64,000 nt of DNA. Origin: an uncultured Gammaproteobacteria bacterium. Its GTDB lineage: Bacteria; Patescibacteriota; Patescibacteriia; Patescibacteriales; UBA12465. The DNA lies in the NCBI GenBank assembly GCA_964470695.1, contig CAYYDR010000001.1, positions 273,997 to 337,996 on the forward strand. Reading direction: 5' to 3'. Below the pieces are notes generated by a model. The model was not told where the DNA came from. It saw only the letters and a program-made list of their open reading frames with translations, and did not search any database. Positions 28,886-37,144 of this stretch are shown piece after piece. Each line of letters opens with the position of its first letter. The stretch's first letter is position 1. The position numbers and the translations under genes were made by a program.

Positions 28886-29251
28886 ATGAAGAAGTATTTA
28901 TTTGCCTTTATTCTTTCCTTATTAATATTAGCTCCAACCGTGGCCGTCTGGGCTATCCCCGATGTTCCTACCCCATGCTCCGGCAATAACTGCCTTAAAC
29001 TTACTAACCCTCTAAAAGCCAATACCCCACCCGAACTGATAGGCCAGATTATTAATGCTCTTCTAGGCGGAGTTGGTACCCTGGCTCTGGTTATGTTTAT
29101 TTATGGCGGTTTAACCTGGATGACCTCGTCTGGCAGTCAGGAGAAGGTTAAGAAAGGGAAAGACATCGTTGTTTGGGCGGCTATTGGCCTGGTCGTTGTC
29201 TTCTCCGCTTATGCCTTAACCAGATTTGTTCTGGCCACTCTTGTCTCATAA
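28886..29251 (+). CDS. Small secreted/membrane protein with TrbC/VirB2-type (T4SS-pilin-like) architecture
   Basis: 121 aa. Signal peptide (...APTVAVWA), a Cys pair (PCSGNNC), then two C-terminal hydrophobic helices separated by a short basic loop (GTLALVMFIYGGLTWMTSSGSQEKVKKGKDIVVWAAIGLVVVFSAYAL). The pattern matches conjugative-pilin-like small proteins common in CPR genomes (from memory only). Confidence 0.55.
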   Translation: MKKYLFAFILSLLILAPTVAVWAIPDVPTPCSGNNCLKLTNPLKANTPPELIGQIINALLGGVGTLALVMFIYGGLTWMTSSGSQEKVKKGKDIVVWAAIGLVVVFSAYALTRFVLATLVS

Positions 29252-29266
29252 TAATCACATCTACTC

Positions 29267-29319
29267 AATATCGCTCCTTTATCGTCAACGAAAGTTTGAC
29301 AAGGAGCGATATTTTTTTT
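29267..29319 (+). terminator. Long hairpin terminator
   Basis: 13-bp stem AATATCGCTCCTT / AAGGAGCGATATT with an inner GTCAA/TTGAC stem, followed by a T8 run. Confidence 0.75.
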
Positions 29320-29371
29320 ATCATAAAGAAGCTTCCTATGAGCAGTGCGCTGGTGGCTCAGGAATATATTA

Positions 29372-29455
29372 GGGTCGATACCAAAGCGGTCAACTGGGGC
29401 AGACTGTAAATCTGCTGGCCTTGCGCCTTCGTTGGTTCGAATCCAACTCGGCCCA
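29372..29455 (+). tRNA. tRNA-Tyr (anticodon GTA), long variable arm
   Basis: GGGTCGA acceptor pairs with TCGGCCC. Anticodon arm GCAGA-CTGTAAA-TCTGC. Long variable arm; T arm GTTGG-TTCGAAT-CCAAC; discriminator A. CCA not encoded. Confidence 0.9.
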
Positions 29456-29566
29456 CTAATATGCCTTTAATAAATCCCGACAAAATTGGTTTAGGACTAG
29501 CTAAGATATTTGCGATTGAGCTTATTGTCCTTATCATATTGTTTATCGCCCTCAAGGCTTTCTAAT

Positions 29567-30493
29567 ATGCCCGAGCTCCCTGAGGTAGAAACTATTCGTC
29601 GCGATTTGGCGGCCATTCTTATTGGCTGTAAAGTAAGCGCGATAAATATCTTATCAGCGAAAACCGCTCAGCCCGATGCGGCTTTTTTTATAAAGAACCT
29701 GGCTGGCCGGCAAATTAGCGGTGTAGACCGACGCGGCAAGCTTTTGATTTTCCGGCTGGTGCCTGTTAATTTAAAACCGGATTATTTGTTGGTTCATCTA
29801 AAGATGACCGGCCAACTTATTTATCTTAATAAAAAAGCAAGAATTGCGGGCGGACATAGCCTGGGAGCTAAATCTAAAAATGGCCTGGCTAAAGATAAAG
29901 CCCAGGATTCTTTTACCGTCTCAGTCGGAGGCGATTTACCAAATAAACATACGCGCGCGATTATTAGCTTTACGGGCGGCGGATGTTTATTCTTTAATGA
30001 CTTAAGGAAATTTGGTTATTTAAAATTAGTTAATCGCCGAGATTTAGAGAATATTTTAACTAATAACTACGGGCCGGAACCGCTCACTAAAACTTTTACA
30101 GCCGATTTTTTGCAGTCCGTCCTTAAAGGGAAGAAAATTAAAATTAAAGCCGCTCTGCTTGATCAGAAACTTATTGCCGGGCTAGGTAATATATATGTTG
30201 ATGAATCGCTTTATGCCGCCCGAATAAAACCCGAGCGCCTAGCCGGCTCATTAAAATCGGTGGAAATAAAGAAACTTTGGGGCGAAATTAATAAAATAAT
30301 TAAGAAAGCGATTGAATATCGGGGAACTACTTTTAGCGATTATCTTGATTCGCGAGGCAAAAAAGGTAATTTTTCCCGCTGGCTCAAAGTATATGGGAGG
30401 AAGGGAGAGGATTGCCCAAATTGCCATAAGCCGCTCTTAAAAGTTAAAGTAGCGGGGCGCGGCACTCATTATTGTCAGTATTGCCAAAAATAA
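29567..30493 (+). CDS. mutM: Formamidopyrimidine-DNA glycosylase
   Basis: Start at MPELPEVE (the catalytic N-terminal Pro after Met). C-terminal zinc finger CPNC...CQYC. The track's TTG-type extension from 29510 is rejected. Confidence 0.9.
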   Translation: MPELPEVETIRRDLAAILIGCKVSAINILSAKTAQPDAAFFIKNLAGRQISGVDRRGKLLIFRLVPVNLKPDYLLVHLKMTGQLIYLNKKARIAGGHSLGAKSKNGLAKDKAQDSFTVSVGGDLPNKHTRAIISFTGGGCLFFNDLRKFGYLKLVNRRDLENILTNNYGPEPLTKTFTADFLQSVLKGKKIKIKAALLDQKLIAGLGNIYVDESLYAARIKPERLAGSLKSVEIKKLWGEINKIIKKAIEYRGTTFSDYLDSRGKKGNFSRWLKVYGRKGEDCPNCHKPLLKVKVAGRGTHYCQYCQK

Positions 30494-30578
30494 GCTAAAC
30501 AAGCCGAAAAATTTGACTTTTCTCCGGTTTTTTTATATTGTTAAAATGTAATAATTGAATAATAATTAATTAACCAAT

Positions 30579-30734
30579 ATGTCCCAAGACAACATGATCA
30601 AGATGGAATGCACGGTCTGCAAGACTACGACTCACCATTCCCATAAGAACAAGAAAATCATCAAAGAACGTTTAGAGCTGTCTAAGTATTGCAATCGTTG
30701 CAAGAAAAATACTCCTCATAAAGAGACTAAGTAA
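30579..30734 (+). CDS. rpmG: 50S ribosomal protein L33
   Basis: 51-aa ORF below the track cutoff: MSQDNMIKMECTVCKTTTHHSHKNKKIIKERLELSKYCNRCKKNTPHKETK. It shows the L33 pattern C-x2-C ... KNK ... LEL-KYC-x2-C-x3-T-x-HKE-K. A hairpin follows. Confidence 0.9.
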   Translation: MSQDNMIKMECTVCKTTTHHSHKNKKIIKERLELSKYCNRCKKNTPHKETK

Positions 30735-30738
30735 TTAT

Positions 30739-30762
30739 CTGCCCGCTTAATCGGGCGGTTTA
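30739..30762 (+). terminator. Terminator hairpin after rpmG
   Basis: CTGCCCG-CTTAAT-CGGGCGG stem-loop followed by TTT. Confidence 0.6.
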
Positions 30763-30768
30763 AATTAT

Positions 30769-31854
30769 ATGCCTAAAAATTTAGCTAAGCCGTTTCTACT
30801 TATTTTAGTAGCCTTAGTCCTGTTCGGCTGTTATCTGGTGTTTAGGCCCTTTCTAACGGAAATATTCGTCGCGGCAGTTATGGCGTCAGTATTTTACGTC
30901 CCCTACGTTCGTTTTTCAAAATTTTTGAGAGGACGTAATAAACTAGCAGCCCTACTGATGTGCCTGCTTCTTTTGATTATTATTATTCTGCCAACGGTTA
31001 AATTAATAAGTTACGCCGGCGAGGCTTCGGTTAACACCTATAATACGACCGTTGAATTTTTCAACAATCATACGGTCAGCGATTTATTTCAGTCCGAGTT
31101 TTTTCAACGGGGTACGCTTCGTTATTTAAATTTGGGTGGTTATATTAATAACGACACTTTTAGGGACACTCTTTTAAATGTTTTAAAACAGTCTAGTAAT
31201 TGGCTATTATCTGGCGCTACCTTCGCCCTTAAAGAAACAACAGATTTTGTATTATCTTTAGTATTGATAGTCCTTACCATGTATTTCTTCTTTGTTGACG
31301 GCCAGAAAATGCTTAAGAGACTGATGCGTTTAATACCTCTTTCTGACAAATATAATGAGGAAATCTTTCAAAAATTCCGCATTGTAAGCCAGACTACCTT
31401 TGTTTCTACTTTTGTGGCGGCGGTCGCCCAGGGTATTATTGGTGCTATTGGTTTTGCTATCATTGGTTTTCCGCCTTTCTTGGCCGGCGTCATGGTTGCT
31501 CTTTTATCTTTACTTCCATATATTGGTTCGGCCATGTTTTATGTGCCAGTCGGCCTTTATTATTTATTAATTGGCGATATTTGGCAGGGAATATTTATCT
31601 TGCTTTGGGGAACGTTAATAATCGGCACGATTGATAATGTTATTCGCGCCTATATGATTAAAGATGAGGCGGAAATAAATCCGATTTTTGTCTTGTTCTC
31701 AATTTTAGGCGGCATTATTTTATTCGGTTTTTGGGGTGTTATCCTCGGTCCGCTTGTTGTCGCTTTAGCGGTTACGGTCTTTCATATTTATGAATTAGAG
31801 TTTTGCGGCCTGCTAGAGAATGGGCCTTGCGAGGAAGTTAAAAAGAGTCAGTAA
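30769..31854 (+). CDS. AI-2E family transporter (PerM/UPF0118)
   Basis: 361 aa polytopic membrane protein with the topology and size typical of the AI-2E/UPF0118 family. The family call is from overall pattern. Confidence 0.7.
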   Translation: MPKNLAKPFLLILVALVLFGCYLVFRPFLTEIFVAAVMASVFYVPYVRFSKFLRGRNKLAALLMCLLLLIIIILPTVKLISYAGEASVNTYNTTVEFFNNHTVSDLFQSEFFQRGTLRYLNLGGYINNDTFRDTLLNVLKQSSNWLLSGATFALKETTDFVLSLVLIVLTMYFFFVDGQKMLKRLMRLIPLSDKYNEEIFQKFRIVSQTTFVSTFVAAVAQGIIGAIGFAIIGFPPFLAGVMVALLSLLPYIGSAMFYVPVGLYYLLIGDIWQGIFILLWGTLIIGTIDNVIRAYMIKDEAEINPIFVLFSILGGIILFGFWGVILGPLVVALAVTVFHIYELEFCGLLENGPCEEVKKSQ

Positions 31855-31889
31855 ATAATTAAATTCGGCTTAGCCGGTTTATAAAAAAT

Positions 31890-32417
31890 ATGGGACCTAA
31901 GACCAAAAAAAATTTAGAGGAAGCCTTCGCCGGAGAATCCATGGCGCGTAATAAATATGATTATTTCGCCTCTGTTTTCCGTAAGGCCGGTTATGAACAG
32001 ATTGCCAACCTTTTTACCGAAACCGCTTTAAACGAAAAAGAGCATGCCAAGGTTTGGGCTAAGCAGCTAGGTTTAATCAGCGCTGATTTGGCAGCTGATT
32101 TGAAAGCGGCGATTGATGGTGAAAATTATGAAAACACCACTATGTATCCGCGCATGGAGGCCGAAGCTCTAGAAGAGGGGCATCCGGAAATTGCTAAATT
32201 GTTTAAAGAGGTTGGGGAAGTAGAAAAATCCCATGAGGAGAGATATAAAAAATTGCTAGCTAATTTAGAAAAGGGCGAAGTCTTTAAGCGTCCGGAAATT
32301 AAAAAATGGAAATGTTTAAATTGTGGATATATTCACGAAGGCACGGAGCCGCCTAAGGTTTGTCCGGCCTGCAGCCATGCCCAGGGCTACTTTGAGATTT
32401 GGGTTGAGACTTATTAA
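31890..32417 (+). CDS. rbr: Rubrerythrin
   Basis: 175 aa. Ferritin-like diiron half ([13 protein letters not shown] ... EKEHAKVW ... E..H) plus a C-terminal rubredoxin-like CLNCGY...CPACS. Confidence 0.9.
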   Translation: MGPKTKKNLEEAFAGESMARNKYDYFASVFRKAGYEQIANLFTETALNEKEHAKVWAKQLGLISADLAADLKAAIDGENYENTTMYPRMEAEALEEGHPEIAKLFKEVGEVEKSHEERYKKLLANLEKGEVFKRPEIKKWKCLNCGYIHEGTEPPKVCPACSHAQGYFEIWVETY

Positions 32418-32446
32418 TTTTAGAGCTTTGTCTCTATACTAATTTT

Positions 32447-32587
32447 ATGAGTAACCGAGTTAATAAGGTTTATTTTTGCGCGGTTTGCGGTAATGAAGTG
32501 GAGTTTAAGAAGGATGGCGGCGGGAAACTTATCTGTTGCGGCCAAGAAATGAAGATTAAGAAAGAAGGATTTGACGGAGAAGAATAA
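32447..32587 (+). CDS. Desulforedoxin-type small iron protein (Dx / Dfx N-terminal domain-like)
   Basis: 46-aa ORF below the track cutoff: MSNRVNKVYFCAVCGNEVEFKKDGGGKLICCGQEMKIKKEGFDGEE. The C-x2-C-G ... GGG-x-L-x-CCG-x2-M pattern matches desulforedoxin. It sits 30 nt downstream of rbr. Confidence 0.75.
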   Translation: MSNRVNKVYFCAVCGNEVEFKKDGGGKLICCGQEMKIKKEGFDGEE

Positions 32588-32633
32588 GTCGCCTAGAATA
32601 ATAAATATATTTTTAGCCCCCAAAGGGCTTTAA

Positions 32634-32704
32634 GCGGGATTCGTATAGTGGTAGTACAGGAGTCTCCAAAACTTCTAGCGGGGGTTCGATTCCCTCATCC
32701 CGTG
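32634..32704 (+). tRNA. tRNA-Trp (anticodon CCA)
   Basis: GCGGGAT-TC-GTAT-AGTGGTA-GTAC-A-GGAGT-CTCCAAA-ACTTC-TAGC-GGGGG-TTCGATT-CCCTC-ATCCCGT-G. Cloverleaf with G1-U72; CCA not encoded. Confidence 0.85.
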
Positions 32705-32706
32705 CT

Positions 32707-32739
32707 AAAAAAAATACAGAGCTAGGTCTCTGTATTTTT
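32707..32739 (+). terminator. Terminator hairpin after tRNA-Trp
   Basis: ATACAGAG-CTAGGT-CTCTGTAT stem-loop flanked by A8 and T5 runs. Confidence 0.75.
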
Positions 32740-32747
32740 GTTAAATA

Positions 32748-32781
32748 TTGACAAATTTCCTTAATAATGATAAATTTATCA
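32748..32781 (+). promoter_or_regulatory. Promoter (TTGACA-N17-TAAATT with TG extension) overlapped by a perfect 14-bp palindrome
   Basis: TTGACA at 32748-32753; TGATAAATT at 32768-32776. The palindrome TGATAAATTTATCA at 32768-32781 covers the -10. Confidence 0.55.
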
Positions 32782-32851
32782 GTTATTAGTACATTAAAAA
32801 TAACAGCTAAAAAACAAAAAAACAGATTATCAAACAACCGAGGAGCACCAA

Positions 32852-35701
32852 ATGGACATCTTAGTTATTAGTCTTTACGTTATTGCTTTAGTCCCTTTAT
32901 TAATTAACGCCTTTCGGGCTTTTAAAGGGCAGATTAAATGTGATGACGACCTTTATCCCACCTCCAGACAATGGATAAAGAGCCTGCTTATTTCTCTCGT
33001 TTTACTCTCCGCATTAGGAGCCTTCCATATCTCTTTATGGGTACATACCGAAGCCTTATGGTTTGAAGAACTTAGGTTTTCGGACGTTTTCTGGACGGTA
33101 TTGTCCGCCAAATGGGTTATATATCCGGTTTCTATATTAATCATAGCCGTTATATTATGGCTCATGACGGCTGGCATTCCCCAAATGGCTCCGCCGCTTC
33201 CGGCGGAATATGAAGGAGAATGGATAAAACGAACCAAGATATTAAAGTTCATGCGCTGGCTAGCTATAGTTATAGTTTCGCCTCTTATCGCTTTGTACCC
33301 TTTATCTAGCTGGAAAGAAATACTGATGTATTTTAATCAGGAAGCATCTTCGGTGTCAGACCCTATCTTTCAAAAAGATCTGAGCTTCTATATGTTTTCC
33401 TATCCTTTCTTTTCAGATGTTATTACTCTACTTTTCATCTGCTTCACGGTCGGGGTCATTATGGCCGCTATCATGTATTTTTTCTTTTATGTACGGACTT
33501 TAGCCGGAAGCATATGGCGTTACGATGGAAGTAACATAGATCATAAAGGCAAAAAATACCGGAGGGCTGATTACTATGTTAGGAATATGATAAAAGGCGC
33601 CATGCTTAGATCTTTAGGTCTCCTGTTCCTTGCTTTCTTGTATTTCTGGTTATCTATTTATGGCGTTATGTACGCTAACCGCGGCGCCGTAGTCGGGGCT
33701 GGTTATACTGATGTAAATGCTCAGGTTCCGGCTTATGTCGCTTTTATGGTTTTTACCGTGGCTACTATAATTGCCATGGCTATAGCCGCATTCCAGTATC
33801 GCCGTAAGCTCGGCATTTGGATCGGGGTCATATGGGTATTCTTTTATTTTTTATTAGTATTATTAATTCCCGTATTGACGCAGGCCATAACCGTGAAGCC
33901 CTCGGAACTAGATAAGGAAAAAAGATTCCTAGAATACAATATCAAATATACTCGGCAGGGTTTCGGGATTGATAAGGTAGAGGAAAAGAATTTTCCATCA
34001 TCAGACCAACTGTCTTTAACTGATCTGCGCCATAATCAAACCACTCTAGATAACGTCAGATTATGGGATTGGCGGGCTCTAGAGCCGTCTTATGCGCAGC
34101 AGCAGGAGATAAGGCTGTACTACTCTTTCAGCGATATTGATATTGACCGCTATGTTATAAACGGGCAATACCGCCAGGTTATGCTTTCGGCCAGAGAAAT
34201 GAATATTGATGAATTAGTTGAACAATCGCGGACCTGGGTTAACGAGAAATTAAAATATACCCATGGTTATGGATTATGCTTAAACCAGGTGACGGAGTTT
34301 GAAACAAATGGCGATCCTAAATTGATAGTAAAAGATTTTCCGCCTGTCAGTTCGGCTCCGGAAATAAAAATTACTCGTCCGGAAGTATATTATGGCGAGA
34401 TGACGAAAAGCCATGTTTACGTAAAAACGGGGACGCCGGAGTTTGATTATCCCAGGGGAGATGATAACGTTGAATGCATTTATTCTGGCACCGGCGGCAT
34501 TCCGATTGGTTCTGGATTACGTAAATTAGCGTTTGCGCTCCGTTTTGATGGGTTTAAAACTTTGCTGTCTGAATATCTTAAACCGGCTAGCCGGATAATG
34601 TATCGCCGAGAGATATTTGAAAGGCTTAATAGCATAGCGCCTTTCTTATCTTATAGCAGCGATGCCTATATTACTATTTCCGGTGGCCGTCTTTATTGGA
34701 TTTGCGATGCCTATACTACATCAAGCTATTATCCATATTCGGAGAAGCATCATGGCGTTAATTATATTCGTAACTCCGTCAAGGCGGTAGTAGACGCTTA
34801 TAATGGAAACGTCAGCTTCTATATTTTTGATGATAAGGATGTTGTGCTTAAGACTTGGCGGAATGTTTTTCCGACCTTGTTCAAACCACGCTCGGCTATG
34901 CCTTCAGAATTATTAGCGCATATACGCTATCCAGAATATTTCTTATCACTTCAATCCGAAGTCTATGGCACTTACCATATGTCTGACCCACAGGTTTTCT
35001 ATAATAGAGAAGACGCCTGGACTAAGGCTAATGAAGTCTATAGTGATGGACCACAGCCGATATCGCCTAGTTACGTGATAATAAAGCTGCCGGGATCTAA
35101 AAAAGAAGAATATGTATTAATGTTGCCGTTTACTCCTAAAAGTAAGCGCAACCTGATTGGCTGGGTAGCGGGACGTTGTGATGGCGAAGAATATGGCAAA
35201 CTTCTGGTTTATAAAATGCCTAAGGATAATTTTGTCCTCGGCCCCGAATTGTTTGAGACTAAAATAGACCAGAACGGGGAAATGTCTAGCCAGCTTTCGC
35301 TTTGGAAGCAGAAAGGCTCAGACGTCATAAGAGGAAATACCCTAGTCATTCCTATTAACGATGCTCTTTTATATGTTGAGCCGATTTATTTGAAGGCAAC
35401 CTCTTCACCTATGCCACAATTACAGAAGGTGGTTATCGGCTTTGGTAATAATATCGTCTGGGCCGATGATTTTAAATCAGCCTTAGAGATGTTATTCAAC
35501 GGCAGCCGAGCACTTAGCTCCGCTCAACCAGAATCAGGAGGCAACGCTAAAAGTCCCGCACCTATTAGTGATAAACAGGCTTACAAGAATGCCCAGCAGC
35601 AGTATAATCAGTATCAAAAGCTGATGGGTGAAGGAAAATATCAGCAGGCCGGCAAGGCCCTAGAAGAACTGGGCCGGACGCTTAATAGCCTTAATAAGTA
35701 G
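32852..35701 (+). CDS. UPF0182 family membrane protein
   Basis: 949 aa. N-terminal polytopic region (about 7 TM), then a large soluble domain with motifs I associate with UPF0182 (GYTDVNA, LWDWR, YSFSDIDIDRY, YTHGYG). GAGGAG lies 6 nt upstream of the ATG. Confidence 0.75.
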   Translation: MDILVISLYVIALVPLLINAFRAFKGQIKCDDDLYPTSRQWIKSLLISLVLLSALGAFHISLWVHTEALWFEELRFSDVFWTVLSAKWVIYPVSILIIAVILWLMTAGIPQMAPPLPAEYEGEWIKRTKILKFMRWLAIVIVSPLIALYPLSSWKEILMYFNQEASSVSDPIFQKDLSFYMFSYPFFSDVITLLFICFTVGVIMAAIMYFFFYVRTLAGSIWRYDGSNIDHKGKKYRRADYYVRNMIKGAMLRSLGLLFLAFLYFWLSIYGVMYANRGAVVGAGYTDVNAQVPAYVAFMVFTVATIIAMAIAAFQYRRKLGIWIGVIWVFFYFLLVLLIPVLTQAITVKPSELDKEKRFLEYNIKYTRQGFGIDKVEEKNFPSSDQLSLTDLRHNQTTLDNVRLWDWRALEPSYAQQQEIRLYYSFSDIDIDRYVINGQYRQVMLSAREMNIDELVEQSRTWVNEKLKYTHGYGLCLNQVTEFETNGDPKLIVKDFPPVSSAPEIKITRPEVYYGEMTKSHVYVKTGTPEFDYPRGDDNVECIYSGTGGIPIGSGLRKLAFALRFDGFKTLLSEYLKPASRIMYRREIFERLNSIAPFLSYSSDAYITISGGRLYWICDAYTTSSYYPYSEKHHGVNYIRNSVKAVVDAYNGNVSFYIFDDKDVVLKTWRNVFPTLFKPRSAMPSELLAHIRYPEYFLSLQSEVYGTYHMSDPQVFYNREDAWTKANEVYSDGPQPISPSYVIIKLPGSKKEEYVLMLPFTPKSKRNLIGWVAGRCDGEEYGKLLVYKMPKDNFVLGPELFETKIDQNGEMSSQLSLWKQKGSDVIRGNTLVIPINDALLYVEPIYLKATSSPMPQLQKVVIGFGNNIVWADDFKSALEMLFNGSRALSSAQPESGGNAKSPAPISDKQAYKNAQQQYNQYQKLMGEGKYQQAGKALEELGRTLNSLNK

Positions 35702-35733
35702 AATATAGTCAGTTAGCGTTTATGCTAGCGGCG

Positions 35734-35762
35734 AAACCCGGGAGTTTATTCCGGGTTTTTTA
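35734..35762 (+). terminator. Rho-independent terminator
   Basis: AAACCCGG-N9-CCGGGTTT hairpin followed by a T-run. Confidence 0.8.
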
Positions 35763-35874
35763 ATTTACCCTCTTGACTTTATTAATGGTTTATAATGTAA
35801 TTAAACTATTAAAACTCTCATTACTTTTAATTCCGAGAGGTTATGGCAATTGTACCTTAACTAAGGAGGGGCTC

Positions 35875-36312
35875 ATGTCTGACCAAGATTTTCTTAACCC
35901 GCTTCAGAAAATAATTAAGGATGTGGCTGGGGAAGGTTATTATGAGAAAGATATTTTCTTTGACTATGAAGACGAAGCGCCGCCTGAAGATTTTGTTTTC
36001 TCTATAACCCAGCTGCGCCTGCGCGCTAAAACTGCTGAATCTCGTGGTCATTATCTACTTCGCCTGTTTATCAACGGCAAGGAATTTACGCAAAGAGGGC
36101 CGTCTGTCCTTAAATCTAGTTTTGATGACGCGGTAATAGTTGCTAGTCGGGTTGAAGATGCCTCAGAAGAAGTTTCTGACCATCCAGAGTTTTTACTGAC
36201 TTATCAGAAGGCTTCTCCCGGCAAAGTTCTTCGTTATTTGAATAAGCGTTACCCCGCTAAGAAGGAGCGTTGGGTTATTGAATTATCTAGAATGAGCCGC
36301 CAATCACGTTGA
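35875..36312 (+). CDS. Hypothetical soluble protein (145 aa)
   Basis: Start at ATG 35875, preceded by AAGGAGGGG. The track's upstream extension from 35773 is low-complexity. No motif recognised. Confidence 0.6.
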   Translation: MSDQDFLNPLQKIIKDVAGEGYYEKDIFFDYEDEAPPEDFVFSITQLRLRAKTAESRGHYLLRLFINGKEFTQRGPSVLKSSFDDAVIVASRVEDASEEVSDHPEFLLTYQKASPGKVLRYLNKRYPAKKERWVIELSRMSRQSR

Positions 36313-36326
36313 TGCGGCTCTTTTTT
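36294..36326 (+). terminator. Terminator hairpin overlapping the stop codon
   Basis: GAGCCGC-N13-GCGGCTC stem followed by T6. Confidence 0.6.
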
Positions 36327-36328
36327 AT

Positions 36329-36337
36329 TGCTATAAT
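36329..36337 (+). promoter_or_regulatory. Extended -10 promoter (TGCTATAAT)
   Basis: TGnTATAAT directly after the terminator. AAGGAG (36351-36356) and ATG 36360 follow. Confidence 0.55.
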
Positions 36338-36359
36338 AGGCTTAATAAATAAGGAGATC

Positions 36360-37004
36360 ATGATGTTCTGGATTTATGCTTTAAGTTCTTTGAAAATCGT
36401 TTGGACTGTTTGGCTTATTATTTTATGCCTTAATTTTTCAGTCGGAGACCGGGAGGCCGTTATCGTGCTAATAATTTTGATAGTATTTTCTGACATTATT
36501 GACGGTAGAATTGCCTCTTGGTTTAAAAGCAATAATGCTCGGCGCCGTTTATTTGATAATTTCACCGATGTTATTGTTACTCATGCCGCCTATATTGCTA
36601 TTCTTTACGCGCTGAACTGGCCCGGCTGGTGGTATATTCCGCTTTTTATAAGAGATGGCCTATTAGTACTTATGGGCGTAAAAGCCTCTAAGTATAAAAT
36701 AGTGGTTTTTCCTGCCATTATCCATAAGTTATCAAGATTGGCCCTCCCTATCAGTGCCGTATTTATGGTTAGTAATTATTATGGTGAAATAGCCTTAATT
36801 GTCGCTTTGTCATTATTCTTTTTCGCCCTAGTTGATTATTATGGTTATTTTATTATCATGCTCCATAAAGCTGGTCGTGGTGATTTATCTACTAATGATA
36901 AAGGCATGGATTTAAATGAAGCCCATCTTAACTCCTCATTAACAGGGATTAGATCCTTTGCGTCGGCACCGAAATTATTACCGCCCTTTAAACAGTCTAA
37001 GTAG
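36360..37004 (+). CDS. Membrane protein with partial CDP-alcohol phosphatidyltransferase-like motif
   Basis: 214 aa from ATG 36360. DIIDGRIA...(N16)...D..TD resembles the D-x2-DG-x2-AR...D-x3-D signature but is incomplete. 5-6 hydrophobic helices. Confidence 0.45.
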   Translation: MMFWIYALSSLKIVWTVWLIILCLNFSVGDREAVIVLIILIVFSDIIDGRIASWFKSNNARRRLFDNFTDVIVTHAAYIAILYALNWPGWWYIPLFIRDGLLVLMGVKASKYKIVVFPAIIHKLSRLALPISAVFMVSNYYGEIALIVALSLFFFALVDYYGYFIIMLHKAGRGDLSTNDKGMDLNEAHLNSSLTGIRSFASAPKLLPPFKQSK

Positions 37005-37006
37005 TC

Positions 37007-37038
37007 AACCGCAATTTATTTAAAAATTGCGGTTTTTT
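37007..37038 (+). terminator. Rho-independent terminator
   Basis: 11-bp stem AACCGCAATTT / AAATTGCGGTT followed by a T-run. Confidence 0.8.
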
Positions 37039-37144
37039 ATTTTATGTAATTTACTCTGGAGATGCTATAATATTAGACATATGCTGGCCATAAAAAAGAA
37101 ATCATAGAGAAGGGTATTCAGTTAATTAGCCTAGAATAATATTT

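Noticed and set aside
29173-29555. ORFs 29173-29409 (+) and 29358-29555 (-)
   Set aside because: They run through the terminator hairpin and the tRNA-Tyr gene. The peptide GRVGFEPT is the usual translation artefact of a tRNA T-arm.
32420-32837. Minus-strand ORFs 32420-32623 and 32613-32837
   Set aside because: The first is antisense to the desulforedoxin-type ORF, which has a convincing Cys pattern. The second runs through tRNA-Trp and its terminator and promoter.
37079-37105. Tiny leaderless ORF MLAIKKKS 8 nt after the TGCTATAAT at 37063-37071
   Set aside because: Only 8 codons, with nothing to support translation. I treat it as part of the Nudix gene leader.
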